IMG/VR virus record: IMGVR_UViG_3300019458_000020
Coordinates: 62,001-126,000 of that record
DNA: 64,000 bases
Reading direction: 5' to 3' (one strand)
The notes beneath the pieces were generated by a model, which saw nothing but the letters and a program-made list of their open reading frames with translations, was not told the origin of the DNA and searched no databases. Both the position numbers and the translations under genes were made by a program. This document shows, piece by piece, positions 38,056 through 47,590 of the stretch. Numbering within the stretch: position 1 is the first letter of the stretch; the number at the start of each line of letters is the position of its first letter.

Positions 38056-38564
38056 ACAATTTTTCCATCGGTTACTAACACTCTGACAGCTTCTTTAGTC
38101 TTGACTCTAAGATTTCGAGACTTCAAAAACTTACCCTTCAATCCTTCAAAAACTTGAATCATATTGGTAAGAGTGGATTTTTTTCTTTTGGCTCCTTCAT
38201 TTTGATCTTTTGCTGCATCGCATAATTTTGCTAATGCTTTTCCTGCGTCATCGCCTTCTCTTTGTTGGATTACCCAACCCATCAATTCGTTTCCATCCAA
38301 TACATTATCAGGGTCATTAACAATAATTAAATATTCCATCTTTTCCTTTGGAGTAGATTCTGCTCCGGGGTCGGAAGGAAGACCATCTTCGTCGATTTGA
38401 TTTCCTATTCCGTCAGTAGGAGCACCTGCTGCCTCCCTTGCATTATCTACAGCCACTTCTTCGACAATCTCTTGTAATTCTCGAATAATTTCTGCGACCT
38501 TCTTGGGGTCAATTTTCTTTTGTAATAATACTGTTTCTACTTCGGTTATATCAATTTTCATCAT
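38052..38564 (-). CDS. hypothetical protein
   Basis: Intact ORF downstream of a sigma70-like promoter. Confidence 0.6.
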   Translation of the reverse strand: MMKIDITEVETVLLQKKIDPKKVAEIIRELQEIVEEVAVDNAREAAGAPTDGIGNQIDEDGLPSDPGAESTPKEKMEYLIIVNDPDNVLDGNELMGWVIQQREGDDAGKALAKLCDAAKDQNEGAKRKKSTLTNMIQVFEGLKGKFLKSRNLRVKTKEAVRVLVTDGKIV

Positions 38565-38621
38565 TTTTATTAATTGTCAGTAAATTATTTACTGAGTTGT
38601 ATTTTGTATCTTCATATACAA

Positions 38622-38650
38622 AATTTATCATTTCTACTCAGAGTTGTCAA
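38622..38650 (-). promoter_or_regulatory. sigma70-like early promoter
   Basis: TTGACA-17-TAAATT with TGn extension. Confidence 0.6.
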
Positions 38651-38689
38651 TATGTATTAACACCAACATAGGTAATCGATGAGGTATGT

Positions 38690-39388
38690 ATGAAATTTAA
38701 AAGAAATTGTCCTAAATGTAAAGTTCCTATTTTTTACAATAGAAAAGACTCCTTACAACGAGCCATCAATCAGAAACGGATGTGTTTTAATTGTAATACT
38801 CCTAAAGGAAATAAACATTATCGATTTGGAAAACATTGCAGTCAAGAAATTAAAGATAAAATACGTAAAACTAAGATGGGTGTGCCGATTCATACTATAG
38901 AAGAAAAGGAGAAACGAAGACTTCTTTGGTGTGGAGATAAAAATCCTAATGTAAAATATGGTCCATCATTTTTAGGAAGACATCATACAGAAGAAACTAA
39001 AGAGAAGATGAGAATTTCTTATGTTAAAACAGTCATAAAAAATGGTGGGAGAAATCCAAGATTCAATTTAAATGCAATAAACTATTTTAAAAAGTTGGAA
39101 TTGGAATTTAATTGGAATGGAATTTATGCCACTAAAAATTCGGAATATTTCATCGAAAGTTTGGGATATTTTGTTGATTATTATGAACCCCATTTAAATA
39201 TTGTAGTAGAATATGATGAACCTAGACATTATTATGCAAATGGAACTTTAAAACAGAAAGATATTAAAAGAATGGAAAAAATAATATCTAAAATTGATTG
39301 TAAATTTTATAGATATGATGAGAAAAGAAATCTACTTAAAGAATATTTCATTGATTCGGGTGTATTCGTTCCCACTTTACACCACTGA
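38690..39388 (+). mobile_element. homing endonuclease: Zn ribbon + NUMOD3 + Vsr/DUF559-like nuclease
   Basis: CPKC..CFNC, GRHHTEETKEKMR, GYFVDYY, VVEYDEPRH; antisense to its neighbours, 3' end overlaps guaC. Confidence 0.8.
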
Positions 39389-40295
39389 AAGCAGAAAGGT
39401 CTGTACCTCCGGAATATGATATTGCACTTTGCAATGATTCTTGAATTTCACGAAGACGTTCGTGATAAGTAAACCCCTCTTCGAGAGCCAATGTTCTGCC
39501 TTCAATGTGTTTGTGTTCTCCCTTCGAATCAAACGATGTTGATCCACGATAAATCTTTTTTCCATTTTCTATTTTTGCTGGAGAATCTATACAAGATGCG
39601 AACCATCCACCTGACATAACCATCGTCGCTCCAAACGTCAAAGCTTTAGCAATATCTCCAAAGTGTCTTGCTCCACCATCAGCAATAATAGGAATATTTA
39701 ATCCTGCTGATGCTGCTTCATACACCGAATGAAGTGTTGGTAAATGGAATCCAGTTTTAAACCGCGTTGTACAAATACTTCCGCCACCTATACCAACTTT
39801 TACGGCATCGGCTCCACACTCACATAAAAATTTATATCCATCAGCAGTTGCTACATTTCCAAGTATAAGTTTTGATGTGGGCGTCATTTTTTTAATGAAA
39901 TTTACCATCTCTTCTGTTTTCTTATGATGTCCGTGGGCGACATCAATGGTAATAAAATCCGGAATACCAATAGTAAGAAGAGCGTGTAAATCTTCTTTTG
40001 AATCATCATTTACACCCAAACTGATACTTTTTAAAGTAATATCTCGTTCCCTAGCATGCAACATGAAATTTGTTGGAGCATCATTAAATCGATGCATAAT
40101 ATAAAAACACCCAAGTTTATCCAATAATTGTGCATTATCAAATGATATAACATCTTCCATATTCGCGGGAATAACCGGAACTTTGAAGGTCTTACCCAAG
40201 AACTCAACCCTTGTGTCAGCTTTTGACCGAGAGGGTAATTCAGAATACTTAGGACGCAAACATACAGTATTATAGGAAAATAAAAAATCACTCAT
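39348..40295 (-). CDS. guaC: GMP reductase
   Basis: PVIPANM, IMHRF, ITIDVAHGH, GNVAT, KVGIGGGSICTTR, IIADGG..HFGDIAKAL, LQSAISYSG; no CBS domains. Confidence 0.9.
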   Translation of the reverse strand: MSDFLFSYNTVCLRPKYSELPSRSKADTRVEFLGKTFKVPVIPANMEDVISFDNAQLLDKLGCFYIMHRFNDAPTNFMLHARERDITLKSISLGVNDDSKEDLHALLTIGIPDFITIDVAHGHHKKTEEMVNFIKKMTPTSKLILGNVATADGYKFLCECGADAVKVGIGGGSICTTRFKTGFHLPTLHSVYEAASAGLNIPIIADGGARHFGDIAKALTFGATMVMSGGWFASCIDSPAKIENGKKIYRGSTSFDSKGEHKHIEGRTLALEEGFTYHERLREIQESLQSAISYSGGTDLSAFSGVKWERIHPNQ

Positions 40296-40342
40296 AACCA
40301 ATCAACGTAACCTATCGTATCCTTCAGGTAAACTAATTTTAA

Positions 40343-41380
40343 TTAGATGGTGTAATCAATCGGTTCTTGGGGTTTAGAATTGACTACTTGGGAAGATAAT
40401 TTTCTTATACGAGAAAGATTCTTAATGATGATTCGGAGTTTTGTAAAAATGTCATGAAAGTCATTTTTGATTGGGTATTTTCCAACTTTATCTTTTATAA
40501 GATTGACAATTTCTCCGATATCCTTGTTTGAGATGTCTATTCCTAACGCATGTGCCGTATTTCTTAAAACCTTTATAATAGGATTATACGTAGTATTTAA
40601 GAAGGATTGTAACATTCTAGCAATCGTCTGTTTCTCTTCGTCTGTTAAATTGGCTATAGTCTTAGGAAGAACAATTCTTGGTGTTTCTTCTCCGATATTT
40701 AAATCTTCCAATGATGCTTTAAGATCAGCTGGCAAATGGTCTAAAACGATCTTTAGATTTTTATTTTTACTCGAAATTAAATTATCAAAATAAGACTTCA
40801 AATATTTTCCCATTTTGAGAACATCTTCCGAAGGTTGTTGCACATTGGATTTTGGCATACCTGCTGGAGCTGATGGTTTTGGAGAATTCATCTGATTGAT
40901 GTATGTGATTACATCATCATAGTCTTTATAGAAATCGGTTAATGCCTGTAATCCATTATTAGTTAATTCGATTTCAGGATGATATCCATTCTGTTTTAAT
41001 TTTATGGCAGCCTTGGTAGGGTCATCCTTTATACCAAAATAATCAAGAATTTCTTGAGTTGCGTTTTGCCACTCTTTAGAAAGTTGATTGGCGAATTTAG
41101 AAACGTTTGCGTCTTTCCAATCGGTATGAATTTCTTTAGCTTTCTTTTTAATGTCATCAAACCAACCTTCGTATAAGGATTCGGTTATATGAATCTGTTT
41201 TAAAATATTATCAACCACCGACTCAAGAGGACGATATTCTGGTTTTGATTTGATGTATTTTTGAAGCTTCTGTAGAATATCAATTTTTTTGCGGTTGTAT
41301 TTATTAATAATCTGTGTTACAACCACATCTTCATGTTGAACTTCTTGAAGTCTTGCCTTCATTTTATTCCATGTTTCCAA
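40343..41380 (-). CDS. hypothetical helical protein (possible internal head protein)
   Basis: Overlaps the protease gene end; RLQE and SLYE/GWFD are candidate cleavage sites. Confidence 0.55.
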   Translation of the reverse strand: METWNKMKARLQEVQHEDVVVTQIINKYNRKKIDILQKLQKYIKSKPEYRPLESVVDNILKQIHITESLYEGWFDDIKKKAKEIHTDWKDANVSKFANQLSKEWQNATQEILDYFGIKDDPTKAAIKLKQNGYHPEIELTNNGLQALTDFYKDYDDVITYINQMNSPKPSAPAGMPKSNVQQPSEDVLKMGKYLKSYFDNLISSKNKNLKIVLDHLPADLKASLEDLNIGEETPRIVLPKTIANLTDEEKQTIARMLQSFLNTTYNPIIKVLRNTAHALGIDISNKDIGEIVNLIKDKVGKYPIKNDFHDIFTKLRIIIKNLSRIRKLSSQVVNSKPQEPIDYTI

Positions 41381-41990
41381 GAATGTCTCGAATGATGGTT
41401 TCGGTCTTTTCCCATTTTCCGGTTATAGGATTCTTAACTTGACTGACTCCTTCATTCAGACTTCCTTCTGGATACAGAAATGCACCACGAGTAGATGGAT
41501 TAGAAACGAAATCAAAAGCAATAAGTTCAAAATCAGGTTGAACTACATCCACATCTTCAGACATGTTTTTCTTAACCGTTCCAAGTCCACGACTGGAAAT
41601 ACCTAATCTAATATTTGAACGGAAGAGTTCTTTTAAGATGTTTCCATTGGGTGTAGGTAATACTTCTACAGTTCCAACCAAATCATCATTTTCCCAATGC
41701 ATTTCAACAATGTTATGAGAAACGTTTTGAAGATTGACAACGGAAGATTCTGGATGGTCTAATTCTCCTAATGCTCTACGTTCTTTAATAAAATTCTCTT
41801 CATATTTTCCTGCTTCACGAAGAAGAATTTCACGAGTATAAACACGACCGTTTTGATTTTTCTTTCCGGCACGTTGTAGAACACCTTTGACGATCAATCT
41901 TCGGTTCATGTCGCCTGCGGCTTGTTCAAAGAGGGTATCTCTTACGAAATCGAATGGGATACAATCTACTAATAGTCTCTTATCATTCAT
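41364..41990 (-). CDS. gp21: prohead protease (T4 gp21 family)
   Basis: KGVLQRA..KNQNGRVY, ALGELDHP, NVSH, TPNGNIL, GISSRGLG, FDFVSNPSTRGA. Confidence 0.95.
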   Translation of the reverse strand: MNDKRLLVDCIPFDFVRDTLFEQAAGDMNRRLIVKGVLQRAGKKNQNGRVYTREILLREAGKYEENFIKERRALGELDHPESSVVNLQNVSHNIVEMHWENDDLVGTVEVLPTPNGNILKELFRSNIRLGISSRGLGTVKKNMSEDVDVVQPDFELIAFDFVSNPSTRGAFLYPEGSLNEGVSQVKNPITGKWEKTETIIRDILGNME

Positions 41991-42997
41991 ACAAGTTCCT
42001 TTGTAATAGTAAAGAGATAATTTCTACCAATAGATTCTATTTCTACAATATTTTTAGATGGTTGATTGTGATTTCTTAATCCATTGACTAGATTCAACTT
42101 CATCTCTTTTAAATCGACATTGTTTTTGAATTCTTTCTTTGGTATTTCCATGATGAATTCCAATACTCTATTTTTTGATTCGTTGACGGATGTTTTTGGT
42201 CCCTTTATAAAAGGAGATAAATTTAATGATTCATTTACTAAGAATTCTTCCAAAGCCAATTTCAATTCTTTTATAGTTTTGGTTTTTTTTGATTCTCCGA
42301 GTTTTTTATTCTCTTCATCATCCGGATTTTCTTGACCAGGCAATTCAGCAGGCTTCTTTACAGCAACTGCTGCAGTTGATGGTTCTGGTTCTGGTTCCGG
42401 TGCCGGCGAGGGTGGTGTCGGTTCGTCAGGAGATTGTGTTTGTGCCGGAGCCGGTGCTGGTGATGGTTCAGGACCTTCTGGCTTCGATGGTGCAGCTGAA
42501 GGAACAGGAGATTCTGGTTTATCAGGTTGTTCGGGAGCACCAGCAGCCTCTATTTTAATATTTACACCCGGTGTTAGAAAGTATTCTTTTCCATTTGCGT
42601 CGCTTAGTACCACAACATTTTTGTTGTAATACCAATCAACACTGGCTTTGGATACATTATCAATAGTATAATCTTTTTGTGGTTGTCCATATCCACGAGA
42701 AGCATTGACGGTTACTTTTTTACCTACAACTGATGCATTCATTTTATCTAAGAATTTTTTCTTGGCATCAGCTTTTGCTTTATTTACACTATCTTCAAAT
42801 TCTTTAAAATCCTTTGTGAAATCATAATCACCAGTACCAGCCGCAGCTGGTTCTGGAGCGGCAGAAGTTGGGTCAGGAGTTGGTGTAGTCTTTGCTGCAA
42901 CTACAGCCGTATCTTGTGCAGGTGGAACCGTTTCTCCTTCAGGAGAAGGGGTCGGTGATGCTTCTTGAATCTTGATTAAGTTTTTTAATCTTATCAT
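41987..42997 (-). CDS. MIRLK-leader Pro/Ala-rich head-associated protein
   Basis: Likely start 42997 (MIRLKNLIKIQE); ASRGYGQPQKDY core; P/A/E-rich linkers. Confidence 0.6.
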   Translation of the reverse strand: MIRLKNLIKIQEASPTPSPEGETVPPAQDTAVVAAKTTPTPDPTSAAPEPAAAGTGDYDFTKDFKEFEDSVNKAKADAKKKFLDKMNASVVGKKVTVNASRGYGQPQKDYTIDNVSKASVDWYYNKNVVVLSDANGKEYFLTPGVNIKIEAAGAPEQPDKPESPVPSAAPSKPEGPEPSPAPAPAQTQSPDEPTPPSPAPEPEPEPSTAAVAVKKPAELPGQENPDDEENKKLGESKKTKTIKELKLALEEFLVNESLNLSPFIKGPKTSVNESKNRVLEFIMEIPKKEFKNNVDLKEMKLNLVNGLRNHNQPSKNIVEIESIGRNYLFTITKELV

Positions 42998-42999
42998 AT

Positions 43000-43473
43000 T
43001 TATTCCCAATCTTTTTTGACCGGAGTATATCCGATACTTTTACTTCCTTCGATACCTTTTTTACTTCCTTTTTTATTCTTACTGAAAGCAAAAGGGGTAT
43101 TATATCCCGCAACTCCGCCGGTGGTTGACATCTCACTCAAATATTCATCAGCAGGAACGAATTTTGAATCCGCCCCGCTTCCCTTACCATAAAACCATTT
43201 TCCGTGTTCATCTTTATACATCCAATGTCTGTCACCCGAAGCCGAATGCAGTAATACTTCAAAAAATTTCGTTTTACCATCTAAGCTAGTAGAATGAAAT
43301 CTGGTAAGATGCACCGGCTGCCAAATTTTACTAGCAACGGTTTTTGCTTCTTCCATTTCTTCATCACTTATCTTAGCATCATGTTTTGGAAGTTTTTTAC
43401 CATTAAATTCGTTTTCTTTCAACACTTCCTCTACACACTCTTTGATAAGAGCATATAATTTTACTTTATCCAT
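43000..43473 (-). CDS. LIKECVEEVLKE-leader head-associated protein
   Basis: MDKVKLYALIKECVEEVLKE; C-terminal LSE/MSTTGGVAGYNTPFAF. Confidence 0.6.
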   Translation of the reverse strand: MDKVKLYALIKECVEEVLKENEFNGKKLPKHDAKISDEEMEEAKTVASKIWQPVHLTRFHSTSLDGKTKFFEVLLHSASGDRHWMYKDEHGKWFYGKGSGADSKFVPADEYLSEMSTTGGVAGYNTPFAFSKNKKGSKKGIEGSKSIGYTPVKKDWE

Positions 43474-43474
43474 A

Positions 43475-44353
43475 TTACTTTTTATTTACACATTGATTCT
43501 TTACTTCTTTTAATAATTCATAAGAAAGAAGAACCACCATAACATGATTATCTTTTATTTTCCTTTCAGGACTTACTCTATCGAGTTGTTTTACAACTTC
43601 AGTAATTTTTATTTTAACTACCTCGGAATCAATGGATTCACTTAATGTTGATAATTCCGATTTAATAGAGTGTATTTGTTTTGCCAAATAACTTCCTAAA
43701 GAATTTGTATTCGAAACGTTATTGATATATTCTCTCAATACTGCCTTTTGATTATCATCCATCGAAGAATATTTTTTATTCATTTTTTCGACCAACATTT
43801 TATATGTCAAAAGTCTAATATCTTCACTTTGAGACTCATAAAACGAAAGTAATTCTTGACTTTCAGTAGTCTTCTTTGGCTTACCGGCAATATGTTCAAC
43901 AATACATGAACGTGCTTGAAAAACTTCTTCTACATCAAACTTAGAATCACAGCTAGTAACATCTTCGAAGAGTTTGAAAATAGATGCCAATGCTCTGTAG
44001 TTTTTAATGTTTGATTTTAGAAATTCCTCAATCGGATACAAATTCTTTATTTCTTTAATTAAGCTATATTTTTCCTTTAATAACCTGTTGTTATTCAGTT
44101 TCTTCCTTTGTTCCAGAATAACGGATAAAAATCTTTCGGCGTGGTGTAAATCTTTTACTTTTTCTTGTAGAAGGAGTCCGTATAATCTCCATTCATGACC
44201 TATCTCGGTGGTTTCTTTGAAGTATTTGAAGAGCAATTTTTTTGCCTCCGATTCTTCCGTGCCAGTAATAATATCTGCAGTGATTTGACGTGTCAAAAGC
44301 TCAAACAGAATACCTGTATTTCTAAACTTAGAATGACGCATTTTCTTAGGCAT
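43475..44353 (-). CDS. head-module protein between portal and protease (putative prohead core protein)
   Basis: HSKFRNTGILFELLTRQIT, EKYSLIKEIK, QKAVLREYIN; position in the head module. Confidence 0.6.
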   Translation of the reverse strand: MPKKMRHSKFRNTGILFELLTRQITADIITGTEESEAKKLLFKYFKETTEIGHEWRLYGLLLQEKVKDLHHAERFLSVILEQRKKLNNNRLLKEKYSLIKEIKNLYPIEEFLKSNIKNYRALASIFKLFEDVTSCDSKFDVEEVFQARSCIVEHIAGKPKKTTESQELLSFYESQSEDIRLLTYKMLVEKMNKKYSSMDDNQKAVLREYINNVSNTNSLGSYLAKQIHSIKSELSTLSESIDSEVVKIKITEVVKQLDRVSPERKIKDNHVMVVLLSYELLKEVKNQCVNKK

Positions 44354-44419
44354 ATATTTCAAACTCTTCTCTTAATTTATAAATATTACATAAAGACTTG
44401 AAAATCTATAATTTTGAAC

Positions 44420-47400
44420 TTACTCGTCAATTATATTACTTTCATCCATTAATGATGGTGTATTTTCGGTTTCTTTAATTAACTCCTTCTTTTCCTTGAC
44501 TGCTCTTTTTCCAGAAAGATGTGTATCCAAAGATTTTATAATTTGTTGATTCATTACGAATTTTGCGGATTTCGGAAGGACATTTTCTAAATTTAATGGA
44601 GAAGTCTTGTTCCGAAGAGATTTCAACTTCTTTTGTTTTTCTATTTCTAATTTTAATGCAGAATTCATTTCCAAGGTGCCTCTTGGGTCTTCGCCGAATC
44701 TAAAATCTCGTCTGGCATTTTTTACTCCCTTTTGGGATGGTCGTTCATAATCCTCTGCGTGTTCTCCATGACCCTCCTTTACATCTTCCGATTCTGTTAG
44801 ACCGGTATCCTTTCCAGCCGGTTCACCCAGAGCCGCTGCTAAATCAGCTTCATCTCCTTCACCACCCGGACCTCCCTCGTCGCCCATATCTGGCCCTCCA
44901 CCTAAATCCGGTCCTCCGCCGGGCCCGCCTTCATCACCACCTGGCTCTCCGCCAGGTCCACCCTCTGGATTAATTTTATTAAATGGTTTTGCTGGGTCAT
45001 TACCATCTTCTTCTATTTGCTTTATTCTCCAAGCTTGGATAGCGTCTTCTATAACCGCCTTCGCAATTTCATCGGTATCATCATCCGAAAGATTGAAAAT
45101 ATTTTTATAAATCCAAGATTTAGAAAATAATTTAGCTTCCATCATGTTCGATGCAACATCAACCTTATTACCCCACAATTCGATTTTCTCCTTTTCAAAG
45201 ATTGTGGATGGGTTGGTTAGTTCTAATCTAAAGTTAACTAATTTTTCATCTCTATATCCCTGTGAATAAAGATGAAGAATAGAAATTTTTTCCAATTCTG
45301 ATACGATAATTCCTTGAATTCTTTGAATTGTCTTTGCGAAACGAATATCTTCGGAAGCCAAGGTGGCTTTTCCGGATAATTCGTCTTCATAACCCAAAAA
45401 TGCTTTAGGAATTTTTAAAGCAGCCATCATCTTATTTCTAAGATATTCAATATCTTCAATTCCTGTGAATTCCATTCCACCCAACGTATCAATAGAGGAT
45501 CCACTATCACTTCCACGAACAGGTAGATAAAAATCTTCTACCATGTTTTGAAGATTGAATCGAAGGTTATAATCTCCGGTTTGTGGGTCTAAATAAGGGA
45601 CTTTCTTCATTTTGGAGATTACTTTTTCCATGTATGCATCTACTTCTCCGGGTGGAATATTTCCTACATCCATCTTAAAAATACGTTTTTCAGGAGCACG
45701 CATGATTCTGTGAATCAACATAGCGTCTTCCATCAAACTTAATTGTTTCCAAATACGTCGAGCACTTTCTATCATAGATTTTCCATAAGGAAGAAAATTA
45801 GAATCAGAAATTAATCGAAAGTGTGCCAATTCAAAAGACTCCAAAGTTTCTACAGCAGAAGTATCGGTAGGACGAATTTGAAACTTTACGTAGTTTTTAT
45901 TCATCGGGTCGGAATTTTCAATTCGTTCTACATTATATGCAGAAACAGGCTCGATTTGATAAACACCGTATTCTGGAGAGATATAAGTTCTAAGATAGAA
46001 ATCTCCGTATTTACATAAATTTCTTGTCCAAGACCAAAGATTAAATTCAATATTAAGAATATCATAATGAAGATTATGAAGCACTTCTTTTATATTATCA
46101 TCTTCAGTATGAACGGTAAGAATTTTACCCATTTCATTTTTTGTAACACATTCATCAGCGTAAATATCTAAAGCAGAGGCTAATATGGGGTCCATATCCA
46201 TTGTATTTGAAACAAAACAACTATCTGTAGAAAAGTTTTTATACTTCTCTACAGTTACATCATAAACATCAACTTCACCAATACTTTCAATGGATACTAT
46301 TTTATGGTTTAAAGTTGATTCTACTTCTTGCTTAAAAGATTTCCAGTCATGACCTTCTTTTTTCAGACGGTTTTGAAGAGTAGAATGATCACATCGAATA
46401 TGTTTAATAAAATCCCATAGATTTATCTTGGAGTTTTCTTTGTAGAATTCCAACGCTTTTTCTTTTACATTAGAAAAGGTTATATCTCCACGATATTTTG
46501 GATTACGTTCTTCCGTTTGATTTCTATCCTTGAACACTTCTTTAAGAGTTTCAGAACGAGTTTTATTTGATTTTTCAGAATGGGTTTTTCCAAAAAAAGG
46601 ATTATTTTCACCAACTCGTTCTCCATCCCAATGATGAAATTTACGGTTAATATAGTTTGGGTGCGATTTTAATTTATTGAGTTGATTTTCATAATTTTCA
46701 TCCCCCCACAATATATTTTTACTATAATTAGAATGAAATTGTATATGTTCATCCTTCGTCATTATTTGTAAATTGTCGGGGGAATTATCATAACCGTTGA
46801 AGTTTTTATGATGAACCACTTCGTTGTCATTCAATGATCGGTCAAATTGTTCCGCAACTACAACGTGTTCAGATTGCCAACCTTTAGAAAAGTTATACAG
46901 TTTTTTATATTTATTATATTTACAGTTATAATCCTTTTGATAGAAAGGCATCACAGAATCGCCTACACGAAGTTCATATATCATTTTATACGAACCATCT
47001 CGCATCATAAACGGATGTTTCAAACTTCCAACGACATACTGTCCGTTATCAAATATTACCTTGTAACCAATGCGTTTACCTTTTTTCTTTCTAGGATGAT
47101 ACGCTTTACCTAATTTAATAGAATCTGTTTCGTGGTCATAGGAAAATACATAAAACCGTTCTTGTGGTTTATCTTTATATTTTTCAGCAAGTTCTGATAT
47201 TGTTGGTCGAGAACCATCTGGCAACGGAATGATGGTATCTGGACCGACACAATCGTAATCCCTGAACAAATCGATGCGAGCAGCTTGATAAGATAAAGCA
47301 AAATCTCTTGTATATGCATTATACGCAGTAGAACGGACACGATTGAATCTATCTCGAAGGCTGTTTCTATCTGTTGCGTATCCTAACTGACTGGTATCCT

Positions 47401-47539
47401 TTACTTTTAATTTTTTTCCACCTACGTTACGAACTACCGCACCAGAGGATAAAAGTCTTTTTAATCTAGCATACAGCGACTTTTGCTTTACATCTATTTC
47501 GTCTTCGTTTCCGAATGGTTTTAAGTTATTTACCGGCAT
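44420..47539 (-). CDS. gp20: portal vertex protein (T4 gp20 family), intein-containing
   Basis: DPILASALDIYADE, RNLCKYGDFY, LPYGKSMIESARRIWKQL.LMEDAMLIHRIMRAPEKRIF, EDFYLPVRG, ALKIPKAFLG. Confidence 0.93.
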   Translation of the reverse strand: MPVNNLKPFGNEDEIDVKQKSLYARLKRLLSSGAVVRNVGGKKLKVKDTSQLGYATDRNSLRDRFNRVRSTAYNAYTRDFALSYQAARIDLFRDYDCVGPDTIIPLPDGSRPTISELAEKYKDKPQERFYVFSYDHETDSIKLGKAYHPRKKKGKRIGYKVIFDNGQYVVGSLKHPFMMRDGSYKMIYELRVGDSVMPFYQKDYNCKYNKYKKLYNFSKGWQSEHVVVAEQFDRSLNDNEVVHHKNFNGYDNSPDNLQIMTKDEHIQFHSNYSKNILWGDENYENQLNKLKSHPNYINRKFHHWDGERVGENNPFFGKTHSEKSNKTRSETLKEVFKDRNQTEERNPKYRGDITFSNVKEKALEFYKENSKINLWDFIKHIRCDHSTLQNRLKKEGHDWKSFKQEVESTLNHKIVSIESIGEVDVYDVTVEKYKNFSTDSCFVSNTMDMDPILASALDIYADECVTKNEMGKILTVHTEDDNIKEVLHNLHYDILNIEFNLWSWTRNLCKYGDFYLRTYISPEYGVYQIEPVSAYNVERIENSDPMNKNYVKFQIRPTDTSAVETLESFELAHFRLISDSNFLPYGKSMIESARRIWKQLSLMEDAMLIHRIMRAPEKRIFKMDVGNIPPGEVDAYMEKVISKMKKVPYLDPQTGDYNLRFNLQNMVEDFYLPVRGSDSGSSIDTLGGMEFTGIEDIEYLRNKMMAALKIPKAFLGYEDELSGKATLASEDIRFAKTIQRIQGIIVSELEKISILHLYSQGYRDEKLVNFRLELTNPSTIFEKEKIELWGNKVDVASNMMEAKLFSKSWIYKNIFNLSDDDTDEIAKAVIEDAIQAWRIKQIEEDGNDPAKPFNKINPEGGPGGEPGGDEGGPGGGPDLGGGPDMGDEGGPGGEGDEADLAAALGEPAGKDTGLTESEDVKEGHGEHAEDYERPSQKGVKNARRDFRFGEDPRGTLEMNSALKLEIEKQKKLKSLRNKTSPLNLENVLPKSAKFVMNQQIIKSLDTHLSGKRAVKEKKELIKETENTPSLMDESNIIDE
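46205..47251 (-). mobile_element. intein (349 aa) with HNH endonuclease in the portal protein
   Basis: N-junction RDYD/CVGPDTII.L.DG; block B SLKHPFM; HNH VVHHKNFNGYDNSPDNL; block F VYDVTV; C-junction FVSN/T; exteins rejoin as RDYD-TMDMDPIL. Confidence 0.9.
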
Positions 47540-47590
47540 AAAAATCTATAAATACGTATGTAAGTTTCAGTATAATACATATAATTATAT

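Noticed and set aside
44810-44970. GC-rich patch suggesting foreign DNA
   Set aside because: Explained by the Gly/Pro/Glu/Asp low-complexity C-terminal tail of the portal protein.
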